This document shows, in pieces, positions 24,590-38,794 of a DNA stretch of 64,000 nucleotides; the stretch's first letter is position 1, and every line of letters starts with the position of its first letter. The DNA comes from Macrostomum lignano. Taxonomy: Eukaryota. A program made the position numbers and the translations under genes. The notes beneath the pieces were generated by a model, which searched no databases, was not told the origin of the DNA, and saw only the letters and a program-made list of their open reading frames with translations. The stretch spans positions 462,967 to 526,966 of the forward strand of contig NIVC01000952.1 in the NCBI GenBank assembly GCA_002269645.1, written 5' to 3'.

Positions 24590-24690
24590 AACCCCATTTG
24601 GAGAGGTGCGCACTACTAAAACTCTTCTCTTCAATTATATTTGATGAAGTATATGTGAAGCCGTCTCTGCATCTGAGAGAAATGGGAGTC
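24590..24690 (+). mobile_element. P-element-like transposase fragment (N-terminal catalytic Asp region)
   Basis: IIFDEVYVKPSLHL resembles the P/THAP9 FDExxxKPxLxY motif. Confidence 0.5.
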
Positions 24691-25989
24691 AGCATTCCTA
24701 CCCATGATTTATCCACTGTATATTTACTGTCACGTGAGTGACTGTATTTGACTGTCACACTTGAGGGTCATAAGCAATTCCGTTTTTTTGAGGATTACAA
24801 AACGGTCACATAAACTCAGAAGTTTAGTGTATAGAGCGTTTTATATAGTGTGTTTATGTATAGATAAGAGAATATCTAGTATTATAAAAAATTTCAATTG
24901 ATTAGGGACAATTTTGTTTGTCAAGCCAAAAATGAGTAATACTTTGACGCGGCGAAAGTAAATGTTCACGAGTGCCACAGCCTGCTCCTACGCCTGCTTC
25001 AACGACGCGAAAGTCAAAACCCAACTTTTTTCATTAGGTTTAAGTACGGCGACTTCGAAGGCATGTTCCGTTAGCATAGGGCTCGGTTCAGCGAGTTGTT
25101 AAACAACGTCACATATACAAGCTTTGGTGTGTCCATTGAAACAAAAGTGAGCATTGCTGTTTCTAAATTTAAAAAACAATTCTTTAGTATGTTTCTTACT
25201 TCTTATCACTGCGAGTCAGCGATCTCTTTCCTTCTTAAAATTTTCACTGTGTAGTAGTTTATTAACTTTCATTCATATCATTTATTAAGGCTCTCATGTC
25301 TGGCCCTGATAAACAGTTGATGGCTGACCGTCTGTATTACACTCCAAAAGTGGCACGTGATGCATACCCAGTACATACGGACCGATACCGAAGGGCGGGC
25401 AGCTATAAAGGCAGGAGGCGAGAAACCGGTTGAAAAGAAGCGCGAGCATGGCGACTTGATTTGCGCTGATTGGCCAAACGGGAAAGACAACTGGTGGCCG
25501 GCCATGGTTTGCCTGCCACCTAAAGGAGAAAAGCCTTCCCGAGTAGGCGGCATGCACGTCCAATGTTTGTGGCGAGCCGCCAATCCGTGGCTGGATTTTC
25601 AACTGGCGGCAGTTTGACAATCAAGCCGAGTTCAAGGACAAGAGCAAAGCCTTTTAAGCTTTTTGCTATAATTTAATGCTGTTACTGTTTGCGTTGTATT
25701 TTATTGTACTTCATTGTGTTTTGTTTTACTATTCGCTTTCCAAGTACTACGGAAGTAGTACAAATATTTCAATGCGTTAAAATTATAATTTGTAAGATAC
25801 TGTAAACAATAGTGTATGAAATTTTAAATGCAAAAATATATTCGTAAAATTGTGTAATCTAAAAATGTTAATAAGTTTAAATTTTGTTTTTAATTTTTAT
25901 TTTTAACTATATACTCTTTTATCTACACAATTTCGAGTCATATGTCCACTATATGGGACTGAAGACGTGATATTTTTATTATATAACTT

Positions 25990-26490
25990 CTTCGACTAGG
26001 TCATCTGTCCAGTTTGTGTGATTCCTTTATCTACATAGTGTCATTTGTCCGACCAGGTCATCTGTCCAGCTCGTGTGATTCCTTTATCTGCATAGTGTCA
26101 TTTGTCCGACCTGGTCATCTGTCCAGCTCGTGTCATTGCCTGATCTGCATAGTGTCATTTGTCCGACCTGGTCATCTGTCCAGCTCGTGTCATTGCCTGA
26201 TCTGCATAGTGTCATTTGTCCGACCTGGTCATCTGTCCAGCTCGTGTCATTGCCTGATCTGCATAGTGTCATTTGTCCGACCTGGTCATCTGTCCAGCTC
26301 GTGTCATTGCCTGATCTGCATAGTGTCATTTGTCCGACCTGGTCATCTGTCCACCTCGTGTCATTGCCTGATCTGCATAGTGTCATTTGTCCGACCAGGT
26401 CATCTGTCCAGCTCGTGTCATTGCCTGATCTGCATAGTGTCATTTGTCCGACCAGGTCATCTGTCCAGCTCGTGTCATTGTCTGATCTGA
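25990..26490. repeat. 57-bp tandem repeat inside the mariner relic
   Basis: Unit tcatttgtccgacctggtcatctgtccagctcgtgtcattgcctgatctgcatagtg, about 8 copies. Confidence 0.95.
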
Positions 26491-27340
26491 AGGAGGCAGC
26501 CCGAGAATCCGCAGCGCCTGCGCAGCTGGTCAAGGAGGACCCTTGAATCACTATGGGGGACGCCGAGCAGAACCTGGCCATTGGATTCGCAGTGGGCAGA
26601 AGCTTGTCCACAAACATATTGGACTGACCAAGCGATCGGTCAGGTGGGTGCCCCACAACCTGATGGAAGAATAGAAACAGGCTCGGGTTGACTGGTGCCG
26701 ATTTATGGTCCAAAAGTTCAACGACGGGGTGTCAAAGCAGGTCGACATGATTGTCGCAGGTGATGAAGCGTGGATATATGACTACGACCCCGAAACCAAA
26801 CAGCAGTCGGCAGTATGGCAGTTCCCCAATGAAGAACTCCGACCAAAGTGAAGAGGCCTAGGAGCGTTGGCAAACGGATGGTGGCTGTTTTTTTCTGAAA
26901 ATCCGGCATTGTCGCGGTCGTTCCGCTGAAGGAGAGGCGGACCGTCACTCCAACTGCTACACCACCGTTTGCCTGCCTAAAGTGTTCCAAGAGCTCCGCT
27001 CCGCCATCAGCGCCCAAGGATCGGAACTCGCGGGATTCTGCTGCACTACGACAACGCCTCCGCCCACACTACAGCGGCAACTCTGGACTTTTCTGGCCCC
27101 TGAAAATGTCCAGCTCGTCACGCACTCGCACTATTTGCCGGACCTCGCTCCCTGTGACTTTTGGCTTTTCCCGAAAGTCAAAGAGCAGCTCAGTCGACGT
27201 CAGTTCGAATCTAATTCGGACGCTTTGGCGCCTCTGGAGACGGCGCTCGAGGGTCTCGAGAAGCAGAGCTTCCAGAGCTGTTTCGTGAAGTGGTTCGCGA
27301 GAATGCACTCCTGCATTCGGGTCGCTGGAGAATACTTTCA
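26490..27340 (+). mobile_element. Decayed mariner transposase
   Basis: LVKEDP*IT, RWVPHNL, VAGDEAWIYDYDPETKQQS, YLPDLAPCDFWLFPKVK, CIRVAGEYF, with stops and frameshifts. Confidence 0.9.
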
Positions 27341-27409
27341 ACTCTCGCAATGTGTCGACTGCAGACACTCGCCAGCATCAACAGTCCTGTGTTGCTCTGT
27401 TGCTCCGCC

Positions 27410-27560
27410 GGGAAGACAGATGCCGATATGGATGTTATGGACGGGCTTCCAGACAAAGTGAATAATGTTTCGCAGAAAGAAAAGGCATCTTTATACTACG
27501 TCAGCGGATATATTAGTTTCAAAGATAGCCTTGATTCCAAAGGTGGCCAAAGGTTGCTAC
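27410..27560 (+). mobile_element. P-element-like transposase C-terminal fragment
   Basis: KEKASLYYVSGYISFK resembles the P-family LYYxSGY segment. Confidence 0.45.
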
Positions 27561-28255
27561 TTTTTTCGTTTTTTGCTACTCGTTTTTTGCCACACTAAAT
27601 TCTAGCTGCGTTAATAACACGGCCAAAGCATTTGCTACAATAAATGACGCATTTTTGAATGTGCCAATTGAGAGTGCTTTATTGTAACGCATTTAAAGAG
27701 ACTGGAAATTATCCAGAGCCTCAGAAGGAATCGAGTACCACCGCACATCGGCTGCGCAAGTTGAATCCTTAATACATAATATCATCAGCAGCAGATTTTT
27801 GGAGACTTGCGTCATTTAAAAAATCTGTCATTTATTTTCTTCTATAATGCTGTACTCTTTATTTTTTTACATTTTCTTTTACTATTTCCCCTTCCATCAT
27901 AGTTTGGAGCTATACGCTTGTATTTTCAGCTCAAAAACTTTCATTCATGTCCCTTTTGGTCTAACTTGCATTTTTAGTATATAAATCACGCGCATTTGAT
28001 AAACAAAGAAAAGTTCTGAAATTGTTTGTTTGTTATACTGTAACTGCTCACCCTGAATTCATTTAATCAGCAGAGTTTTCTGCAAGCTCAAGTACTTTTG
28101 TGCTGCTTGATAACTGCACTGCCAGGACCAAAACTTCGAATGCATACTCAAGAGAAAAGGAATCAAAGCGCCACAATGCGCTCATCAAAAAATATTGGCT
28201 GTATACCTCAGCGTAGTTTGAGCACAATGTGCATAACATTAATGCATAAAAATCT

Positions 28256-28490
28256 TCACCTGAGCGGAGATGGGGTGGGTGCTACAGGTGTGCACCTGAG
28301 CGGAGATGGGGTGGGTGCTACAGGTGTGCACCTGAGCGGAGATGGGGTGGGTGCTACAGGTGTGCACCTGAGCGGAGATGGGGTGGGTGCTACAGGTGTG
28401 CACCTGAGCGGAGATGGGGTGGGTGCTACAGGTGTGCACCTGAGCGGAGATGGGGTGGGTGCTGCAGGTGTGCATCTGAGCGGAGGTAGG
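28256..28490. repeat. 36-bp array at the 5' end of DHX8 intron 4
   Basis: Unit cacctgagcggagatggggtgggtgctacaggtgtg, about 6 copies. Confidence 0.95.
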
Positions 28491-28498
28491 GTGAGTTA

Positions 28499-30277
<1,779 letters not shown>

Positions 30278-30279
30278 TC

Positions 30280-30635
30280 AGAATTCTAGTGAGAATGGCA
30301 GGGTGAGATTAACAGGCTAAGAGCGAGATTAGCAGGGCCAGCGTGAGAATGGCAGGGTGAGATTAACAGGCTAAAAGCAAGATTAGCAAGGCCAGCGTGA
30401 GAATGGCAGGGTGATATTAACAGGCTAAGAGCGAGATTAGCAAGGCCAGCGTGAGAATGGCAGGGTGAGATTAACAGGCTAAGAGCAAGATTAGCAAGGC
30501 CAGCGTGAGAATGGCAGGGTGATATTAACAGGCTAAGAGCGAGATTAGCAAGGCCAGCGTGAGAATGGCAGGGTGATATTAACAGGCTAAGAGCAAGATT
30601 AGCAAGGCCAGCGTGAGAATGGCAGGGTGAGAGTT
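30280..30635. repeat. 54-bp minisatellite in DHX8 intron 2
   Basis: Unit gcgtgagaatggcagggtgagattaacaggctaagagcgagattagcaaggcca, about 6.5 copies. Confidence 0.95.
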
Positions 30636-30714
30636 AAAGTTGCTTTGCAGTGTCACTGAATTTTAACAGCCCTACAGCCAGAGTGCCGATATGTAGCGCA
30701 AACATCAAACGCAC

Positions 30715-30992
30715 CTGGACCAGCTCAGTCTTCAGCCGGAAGATCGGCAGGCTCTCGCGCTGCTCCAGAATCGACTTGGCCATCTTGCGACCGGCGCCCA
30801 GCGACCGGGGTACAGCCGTGAGGGCCTTCTTCCACTCGGGAATTTCCGGCCCGCCAGAGCCCATCAGATCCTCGGAGTCGCCGCCCCCGCCGCTGGCAGC
30901 ATCGGCGGCTTTGGTCTTGGCCTCGGCCTGCTTCATCTCCTTGCGCTCCTTGGCCAGCGCCTGCGACATCATGGCGGCCTGGGCCATTGTGC
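30715..30992 (-). CDS. DHX8: DHX8/PRP22, exon 2
   Basis: AQAAMMSQALAKERKE...IPEWKK...SILEQRESLPIFRLK. Confidence 0.93.
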
Positions 30993-31064
30993 CTGCGGGC
31001 GATCCGATGATGAGAAACACTGTGAAGCTAGAATCAGTGTAATTGGAATAACTAAAATAATAGC

Positions 31065-31478
31065 ACAGGTAAGAGAAGCAGTGGACAGTTAAGAGAAGCA
31101 GTGGACAGGTAAGAGAAGCAGTGGACAGGTAAGAGAAGCAGTGGACAGGTAAGAGAAGCAGTGGACAGCTAAAAGAAGCAGTGGACAGGTAAAAGTAGCA
31201 GTGGACAGGTGCAGGAGAAGCAGTGGACAGGTGCAGGAGAAGCAGTGGACAGGTGCAGGAGAAGCAGTGGACAGGTGCAGGAGAAGCAGTGGACAGGTGC
31301 AGGAGAAGCAGTGGACAGGTGCAGGAGAAGCAGTGGACAGGTGCAGGAGAAGCAGTGGACAGGTGCAGGAGAAGCAGTGGACAGGTGCAGGAGAAGCAGT
31401 GGACAGGTGCAGGAGAAGCAGTGGACAGGTGCAGGAGAAGCAGTGGACAGGTGCAGGAGAAGCAGTGGACAGGTAGCC
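31065..31478. repeat. 19/22-bp minisatellite in DHX8 intron 1
   Basis: Unit gagaagcagtggacaggtgcag. Confidence 0.95.
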
Positions 31479-31490
31479 ACAGAAGCTCAC

Positions 31491-33321
31491 CGTCGGGATT
31501 CTTGATGGTGCGCACAGGCGACAGCTCGGCCGCCTGCCGGCCGCAGCCTTTGAGAAACGCCGGCTCGTCCTCGACGATCTCAACCTCGAGGTCCTCGTCG
31601 CTGTTGTCCCCGTCGCCACCAGCGCCAAGCATGGCAGGGGCTGGGCCGCCCGGCGCCAAGTCGGCCGAGTCGCCAAAATATTCGCGCAGCTCACGCCGGT
31701 CGATGGCGCCGGCGGCCACCAGCTGCTTCATCTCCCAGCGCTCCGGGCTGGACATGCGCGGCCGGCCGCGTCGAGCATCGCCGGCGCCGTCTGCGTCGGA
31801 GGAAACCGGGGCAGCGGGGAAGCCGGCGTCGGTATTTCTGGGACGGTCGGGGTTGCGGAGCCTGTCGATGCCGTCCTCGCCACCCGGCCCGCTGTCGGCG
31901 GGTTTCGTCGGGTTCAGGTCCTCGCCGGTCTCTTGGTCGACGTCGCGCATCGACAGGCCGATACGGGTGCCGGCGTAACTCAGGCACTTCACCTTCACCG
32001 GCTGCCGCGCTTTCACAACGTCAGCGACCGCATTCACGCGGCCCTCCCGGCGCAGGTTGGAGATGTGCACCAGGCCTTCCCAGCGGCGGCGCCCGCGGAG
32101 GCCTTGAAGCTGCACGATGCAGCCGAACGGCAGGATGCTGCTCACCGTGCCGTCATAGATCCGGCCCGGCGTCGGCTCCTCCTCCGGGGCGTCGCGGTCA
32201 CAGTTGGGGTTTCGGTCACGTTCACGGTCGGGATTTCGGTCACGTTCACGGTCGGGGTTTCGGTCACGTTCACGGTCGGGATTTCGGTCACGTTCACGGT
32301 CGGGGTTTCGGTCACGTTCACGGTCGCGGTGCTCACGATCATGGTCGCGATCTCGGGCTCGGTCACGTTCACGGTATTCACGATCACCGTCATGGTCACG
32401 GTTACGGCGTTCACGAGCACGGTTGCGGTCTTGATCACGATCACGGTCGCGGTCACGGTGTTCACGATCCCGGTTACTGTGTTCACGATCCCGGTCACGG
32501 TGTTCACGATCCCGGTTACGGTCACGGTGTTCACGATTACGGTCGCGGTGCTCACCATCACGGTCGCGGTGTTCCCGTTCACGGTCCCGATCCCGTCGAT
32601 CCCGTTTCGGCGACTGTCGCGACGAAGAGTCGCCAGGCGAGTGCTTCCGCTTGACCGCCGCGACGGAGGCAGCGGAGGCGTGGCCGGCCAGCAGCTCCAG
32701 CTCGTTCATCATGTCCAGAGCGGCAGCCTGGTCGCCAGAGACGGCCGCAGCGGCGGGTGCCGGTTGAGTTGTTTTCGGAGTTTTAATCTGCTGCTCATTA
32801 TTGTCATCTTCTTCGACGGGAGGCCGGTTTGGCATGGCGAGCGCCGGGCAGAGGCGCCGCTTTATGTCCAGGCTGTGCACCGGCTGCCGCTCGATCGCGT
32901 CAAACAGCGTCTCCTCGAAGCCCTTCAGCGTGCGCGTCTCCAAGTCGTCTGATTCGTTGTAGATTTTTGCGTGCCGAGGCGGCGGAGGCGGCTGCCCCGG
33001 CTGAGTCGGCTGCTGCTGGTCCTGCGGCTCCTGCTGCTGCTTCTGGCCGCCCTCGCCAGCGGCTTTCTTCGCCTTCTTCTTCGCTGGCGGCGGCGGCTTC
33101 ATGGCCACCACTAGCGCGAGGATTTTGGCGATCAGCGCGTCCGAGAAAGTGGCGCCATTTTGCTGGAGGCGCGCTTTGAAGGCGTCAAAGCTGCGATTTC
33201 GGTGAGCAATGTTGATGACGAACTCAGCCAGGTCCCGGTCATTCAGACCTTCGTGGTTTTCCAGCTCAGTGCACACCTTGGCAACCAAGGACAGGTGCTC
33301 CAGCTGTGCCAGCTCATCCAT
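31491..33321 (-). CDS. DHX8: DHX8/PRP22, exon 1 (PWI-like N-terminus, RD-rich region, S1 domain)
   Basis: LEHLSLVAKVCTELENH, RD repeats, S1 domain GRIYDGTVSSILPFG...EGLVHIS, SSPERWEMKQL, EDEPAFLKG, KNPDG|; donor g|gtgagc. Confidence 0.95.
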
Positions 33322-33384
33322 TGTAGCGAGCTTGATTGAAGCATGAATGTGGATGAGAGATGCTTTTGAGTCAATGGCAACTCG

Positions 33385-34810
33385 TGAGGTGAGATAATTA
33401 ACTAAGTTAGTGGGCGGGCAGTCCTGTCTTGGGGTGAGGTGAGATAATTAGCTAAGTTAGTGGGCGGGCAGTCCTGTCTGAGGTGAGGTGAGATAATTAG
33501 CTAAGTTAGTGGGCGGGCACTCCTGTCTGGGGTGAGGTGAGATAATTAGCTAAGCAGGTGGGCGGGCACTCATGTCTGAGGTGAGGTGAGATAATTAGCT
33601 AAGCAGGTGGGCGGGCACTCCTGTCTGAGGTGAGGTGAGATAATTAACTAAGCAGGTGGGCGGGCAGTCCTGTCTGAGGTGAGGTGAGATAATTAGCTAA
33701 GTTAGTGGACGGGCAGTCCTGTCTGAGGTGAGGTGAGATAATTAGCTAAGCAGGTGGGCGGGCACTCATGTCTGAGGTGAGGTGAGATAATTAGCTAAGC
33801 AGGTGGGCGGGCACTCATGTCTGAGGTGAGGTGAGATAATTAGCTAAGCTGGTGGGCGGGCAGTCCTGTCTGAGGCGAGGTGAGATAATTAGCTAAGTTA
33901 GTGGGCGGGCACTCATGTCTGAGGTGAGGTGAGATAATTAGCTAAGCAGGTGGGCGGGCACTCATGTCTGAGGTGAGGTGAGATAATTAGCTAAGCTGGT
34001 GGGCGGGCAGTCCTGTCTGAGGCGAGGTGAGATATAGATAATTAGCTAAGCAGGTGGGCGGGCACTCATGTCTGAGGTGAGATAATTATCTGGGCAGGTG
34101 TGCAGCCCGGTCTGAGGTAAGATAATTATATCTGGGCAGGTGTGCAGTTCGGTCTGAGGTGAGATAATTATCTGGGCAGGTGTGCAGTCCGGTCTGAGGT
34201 GAGATAATTATATCTGGGCAGGTGTGCAGTCCGGTCTGAGGTGAGATAATTATATCTGGGCAGGTGTGCAGCCCGGTCTGAGGTGAGATAATTATCTGGG
34301 CAGGTGTGCAGTCCGGTCTGAGGTGAGATAATTATCTGGGCAGGTTGTGCAGTTCGGTCTGAGGTGAGATAATTATCTGGGCAGGTGTGCAGTCCGGTCT
34401 GAGGTGAGATAATTATCTGGGCAGGTGTGCAGTCCGGTCTGAGGTGAGATAATTATCTGGGCAGGTGTGCAGTCCGGTCTGAGGTGAGATAATTATCTTG
34501 GCAGGTGTGCAGTCCGGTCTGAGGTGAGATAATTATCTGGGCAGGTGTGCAGTCCGGTCTGAGGTGAGATAATTATCTTGGCAGGTGTGCAGTCCGGTCT
34601 GAGGTGAGATAATTATCTGGGCAGGTGTGCAGTTCGGTCTGAGGTGAGATAATTATCTGGGCAGGTGTGCAGTTCGGTCTGAGGTGAGATAATTATCTAG
34701 GCAGGTGTGCAGTTCGGTCTGAGGTGAGATAATTATCTGGGCAGCTGTGCAGTTCGGTCTGAGGTGAGATAATTATCTGGGCAGGCGTGCAGTCGTGTCT
34801 GATGTGAGAT
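33385..34810. repeat. Two adjoining related arrays (about 49-bp then about 40-bp units) just upstream of DHX8
   Basis: Shared core tgaggtgagataatta; minus-strand units contain cactaac/gctaat and ctcag. Confidence 0.93.
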
Positions 34811-35555
34811 AATTAGTCTGCCAGCCTAGCAAATCAGAGCAATAAAACAACAAAGAACTCGGGCTGCAGTGGCTGGTCATTTTTGCACTCTAAACATTAG
34901 CCCATCGGGTGCAGGAAAAAGCTGACTAATACGCATAAATTAAAATAATTCTCAAACAGAAGGGAACTATGACGGCCCGCAAACTGGGCGGAGCGTGAGG
35001 CTGGGGTTCAAAATGTAAAATTGTAATCAAAGTAGCCGCAAGCTATTAAAAAAGGGGGTGAAACATGATTTGTGCTGCTCGATAAAGAACCAGCGGCACA
35101 GGCTGGGCACTGCCAGCAGAGCTATGGGCATAAAGTACATGCGATAGTGCACTAGGTCGAGGAATTGGGCCATTGCTTTCATTCAGGTGAAACAGAGAAC
35201 TCTACGCTTTATAGAAATTATATTTAACAGCTGGCATGAGCGCACAGCCGGCTTGTCCTTAGACATCAGTTCAGCATTATATCAGACATATTAGTGGCAA
35301 AATCAGGTACAGGTACGGACCTGAAGCTGGAGCACGGGGATGTATTTGAAGAGCAAAAAAGCTAATAAAAAAGTTGCCGCCCAGCCAGTCAGTACCGTCA
35401 GTACCAGAATTAACAGGAGAGAAGAAAACACCAAAAAATCATGTCGACTATGCCAGAACAGACGCTGCAGTAGCTACTCTTCGATTGATCAGTAAGTAGT
35501 ATGAGAGTAGAGGCGAGAAAATTCCTGAATTTTTCCCTACATACACTCTAAATTT

Positions 35556-36145
35556 AGGATTCTAGGATTGGGATCACCAAACTTCCGGTGGGATTCTAGG
35601 ATTGGGATCACAAAACTTCCGGTGGCATTTCCAGGATTGAGATCACTAAACTTCCGGTGGCATTTCCAGGGTTGGGATCACAAAACTTCCGATGGGATTC
35701 TAGGGTTGGAATTACTAAACTTCCGATGGGTATCTAGGATTGGGATCACCAAACTTCCGGCGGCATTTCCAGGATTGGGATCACCCAAACTTCCGGTGGG
35801 ATTCTAGGATTGGAATTACTAAACTTCCGGTGGGTATCTAGGATTGGGATCACCAAACTTCCGGCGGCATTTCCAGGATTGGGATCACCAAACTTCCGGT
35901 GGGATTCTAGGATTGGAATTACTAAACTTCCGGTGGGTATCTAGGATTGGGATCACCAAACTTCCGGCGGCATTTCCAGGATTGGGATCACCCAAACTTC
36001 CGGTGGGATTCTAGGATTGGAATTACAAAACTTCCGGTGGGTATCTCGGATTGGGATCACCAAAACTTCCGGTGGCATTTCAGGACTGGGATCACCAAAC
36101 TTCCGGTGGGATTCTAGGATTGATTAATCTCGGTGGCATTCCATG
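35556..36145. repeat. About 35-bp minisatellite downstream of PAT1
   Basis: Unit ggattgggatcaccaaacttccggtggcatttcca with alternating variants. Confidence 0.9.
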
Positions 36146-36325
36146 ATCGGGGAAAAATAACTTTATTTGAACTAGTCATCTGTAAAATTGATACAATACG
36201 TAATAAATTTATTTTCAAAGGGATTTCCATGCAACTTCAAAGCTCCCGATAGGATACTTTTCAGACCGATATTGGGAGCGCCAGGCATCTACATCAGAGA
36301 AGCAGCATGAGGATTTCTTCAAGCC

Positions 36326-36835
36326 TTAGCTGTCGGCGGGCAGCAGGATTTTAGTGAATTTCCGCTCGGCCAAAAGTCGGACAGGCGGCGCCAGGTGGTC
36401 AACCAGCTGGCCGTGCAGGTGGCTGGAAGTCGGCAGAGCGGAGGCGATGCAGGCCAGCGAGTCGGACGGCAACTCGGCGAGGGCGGCGGCCACGCGGTCA
36501 ACCAGGCGCCGCAGTCCGGTCGGGTCGGAGCGGGCCAAGCAGAAATGCGCGTGCCGGCCCAGCAGGTCGAAGAACCAATGGCAGGGCAGCTCGTGGCAGA
36601 ACAAAGACCTGGGCTCGGCCTGTAGGGCAAAGCTGAGCAGCTCCTCAACCAGGTTGGACTCGAGCCTGCGGATGGCAGCGCTGAATGCCAGGGACAGCTC
36701 GGTGAGGCCGTCAGCCTCGAGCTGCTGCTGCCGCAGGCCGGGCAGGCTGGTTAACAAAGTGCGCAAAGCCGAGAATAGCAGGTCTTTGTCGCAGCTGTTT
36801 AGCACGCTTTTCAATAGGCGGCGACCTTTGCGAAC
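36326..36835 (-). CDS. PATL1: PAT1/PATL1 decapping activator, exon 4
   Basis: S|VRKGRRLLKSVL matches Pat1 C-domain SIRKGKRL; acceptor ccgcccag|. Confidence 0.85.
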   Translation of the reverse strand, partial: VRKGRRLLKSVLNSCDKDLLFSALRTLLTSLPGLRQQQLEADGLTELSLAFSAAIRRLESNLVEELLSFALQAEPRSLFCHELPCHWFFDLLGRHAHFCLARSDPTGLRRLVDRVAAALAELPSDSLACIASALPTSSHLHGQLVDHLAPPVRLLAERKFTKILLPADS

Positions 36836-36984
36836 CTGGGCGGGTGGTAGCGGGGGGGGATCATAGGCATAAACCGAAAGGGTAAACAGAAGGTGAACAG
36901 ATAAGAGTTGGATAAACAGAGGGATCATCAGAGTGGGACGGTCAGAGGGAGATATAAACAGGGAAAATGGGGGAGAATAAGGGA

Positions 36985-37195
36985 TGGATAATCAGGGAGG
37001 GAAAATCGGGAAGGGATAATCAGGGAGGGTTAATCACATCGGGATAATCTGGAAGGGATAATCACATCGGGATAATCTGGGAGGGATAATCACATCGGGA
37101 TAATCTGGGAGGGATAATCACATCGGGATAATCTGGGAGGGATAATCACATCGGGATAATCTGGGAGGGATAATCACGGAGGGAAAACCGGGGAG
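36985..37195. repeat. 28-bp minisatellite in PAT1 intron 3
   Basis: Unit gggataatcacatcgggataatctggga. Confidence 0.9.
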
Positions 37196-37252
37196 GGAAA
37201 ATCGGGGCGGGTCCTAGCCGCAACAGCCTGGCTCTTGGCTGTTCTCACTTAC

Positions 37253-37495
37253 GGACAGCAGCAGTGGCAGCTCGGAGTCGCCAAAGAATCCCGAGCACAG
37301 AGCTTCGAGTGCCTTCCGCCGCTCAGTAACGCAGATGTGCCGCTTCTCCGGCTCCGAGCTGGTCAGGTACCGCTTCTCACAGTCGTCGAATCTCAGGTAG
37401 ACGCAGTAGAGAGACTCGATGCGGAGCATGAGACCGAGATGGCGCAGGTGCTCAATGTCGGCTGGAGCGGCGGTCGGGGCCTCCGATGGAGAAGT
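37253..37495 (-). CDS. PATL1: PAT1/PATL1, exon 3
   Basis: LRIESLYCVYLRFDDCEKRYL matches the Pat1 IEKLYxxLLxxxDxE helix; donor tcc|gtaagt. Confidence 0.85.
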
Positions 37496-37539
37496 CTGGA
37501 AATGGCAAGGTTGCATTGGGCAGTGCCACTTTGGTAGAG

Positions 37540-38390
37540 ATCCCCTACTTCCGGATAGAGATTCCCCAGATTTCGGATAGAGATCCCTTACTTGGGGTTA
37601 GAGATGCCCCAGATTTCAGATAGAGACCCCCTACTTCAAGATAGATATTCCCCTACTTCAGGATCGATTCCCCTGACTTCAGGACAGAGATCCCCTACTT
37701 CAGGATAGAGATCCCCTACTTCAGGATAGAGATCCCCTACTTCCGGACAGAGATCCTCTACTTCCGGACAGAGATCCCCTACTTCAGGATAGAGATCCCC
37801 TACTTCCGGACAGAAATCCTCTACTTCTGGATAGAGATCCTCTACTTCCGGATAGAGATCCTCTACTTCTGGATAGAGATCCTCTACTTCTGGATAGAGA
37901 TCCTCTACTTCCCGATAGAGATCCTCTACTTCCCGATAGAGATCCTCTACTTCCGGATAGAGATCCTCTACTTCTGGATAGAGATCCTCTACTTCCGGAT
38001 AGAGATCCTCTACTTCTGGATAGAGATCCTCTACTTCTGGATAGAGATCCTCTACTTCTGGATAGAGATCCTCTACTTCCCGATAGAGATCCTCTACTTC
38101 TGGATAGAGATCCTCTACTTCTGGATAGAGATCCTCTACTTCCGGATAGAGATCCTCTACTTCCGGATAGAGATCCTCTACTTCCGGATAGAGATCCTCT
38201 ACTTCTGGATAGAGATCCTCTACTTCCGGATAGAGATCCTCTACTTCCGGATAGAGATCCTCTACTTCTGGATAGAGATCCTCTACTTCCGGATAGAGAT
38301 CCTCTACTTCTGGATAGAGATCCTCTACTTCCGGATAGAGATCCTCTACTTCTGGATAGAGATCCTCTACTTCCGGATAGAGATCCTCTC
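37540..38390. repeat. 21-bp minisatellite in PAT1 intron 2
   Basis: Unit gatagagatcctctacttccg, about 40 copies. Confidence 0.95.
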
Positions 38391-38446
38391 TAAGAGAAGC
38401 TCTACTAAAGAATAAATATTAGAAATTGGGAAAACACTGCTGGCAC

Positions 38447-38677
38447 CTGCGCGTCGCTAGCGAGTCGGCGAATGTCGATAGTCTGCCGGGGAGTGTGCAC
38501 CGAGGAGGTGGTCAGACAGCCAAGGGTGCCGCTCATCCGCAGCTCGGCGGCCCGGCGCCCGACCCCGCTTGATGCGTCGGCGTCGCCGCCGGAGGGCTGG
38601 TCGGACTGGCCGTCCTCGGCGGAGCGCGGCACCGGGATGGGCATGGAGGGGAAAATGCCCGGGTTGCTGCGACGGGC
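38447..38677 (-). CDS. PATL1: PAT1/PATL1, exon 2
   Basis: LGCLTTSSVHTPRQTID matches Pat1 LGKxxxSSVxxPRxxID; acceptor caacccgcag|; weak donor gtgcca. Confidence 0.8.
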
Positions 38678-38794
38678 CTGCGGGTTGAAAAACAGTCTGC
38701 GATGCATTCTTGCGAAGACAATAGTGATTCGGGTGTGTGCTGCTGGGCGCTGGCGTTGAGGACTTGGGATGGAGGGTTCGGATTGGAGGGTCTG

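Noticed and set aside
31933-32952. 339-aa plus-strand ORF and the T/V- or RS-rich alternative frames
   Set aside because: Antisense or alternative frames of the RD-repeat region of DHX8.
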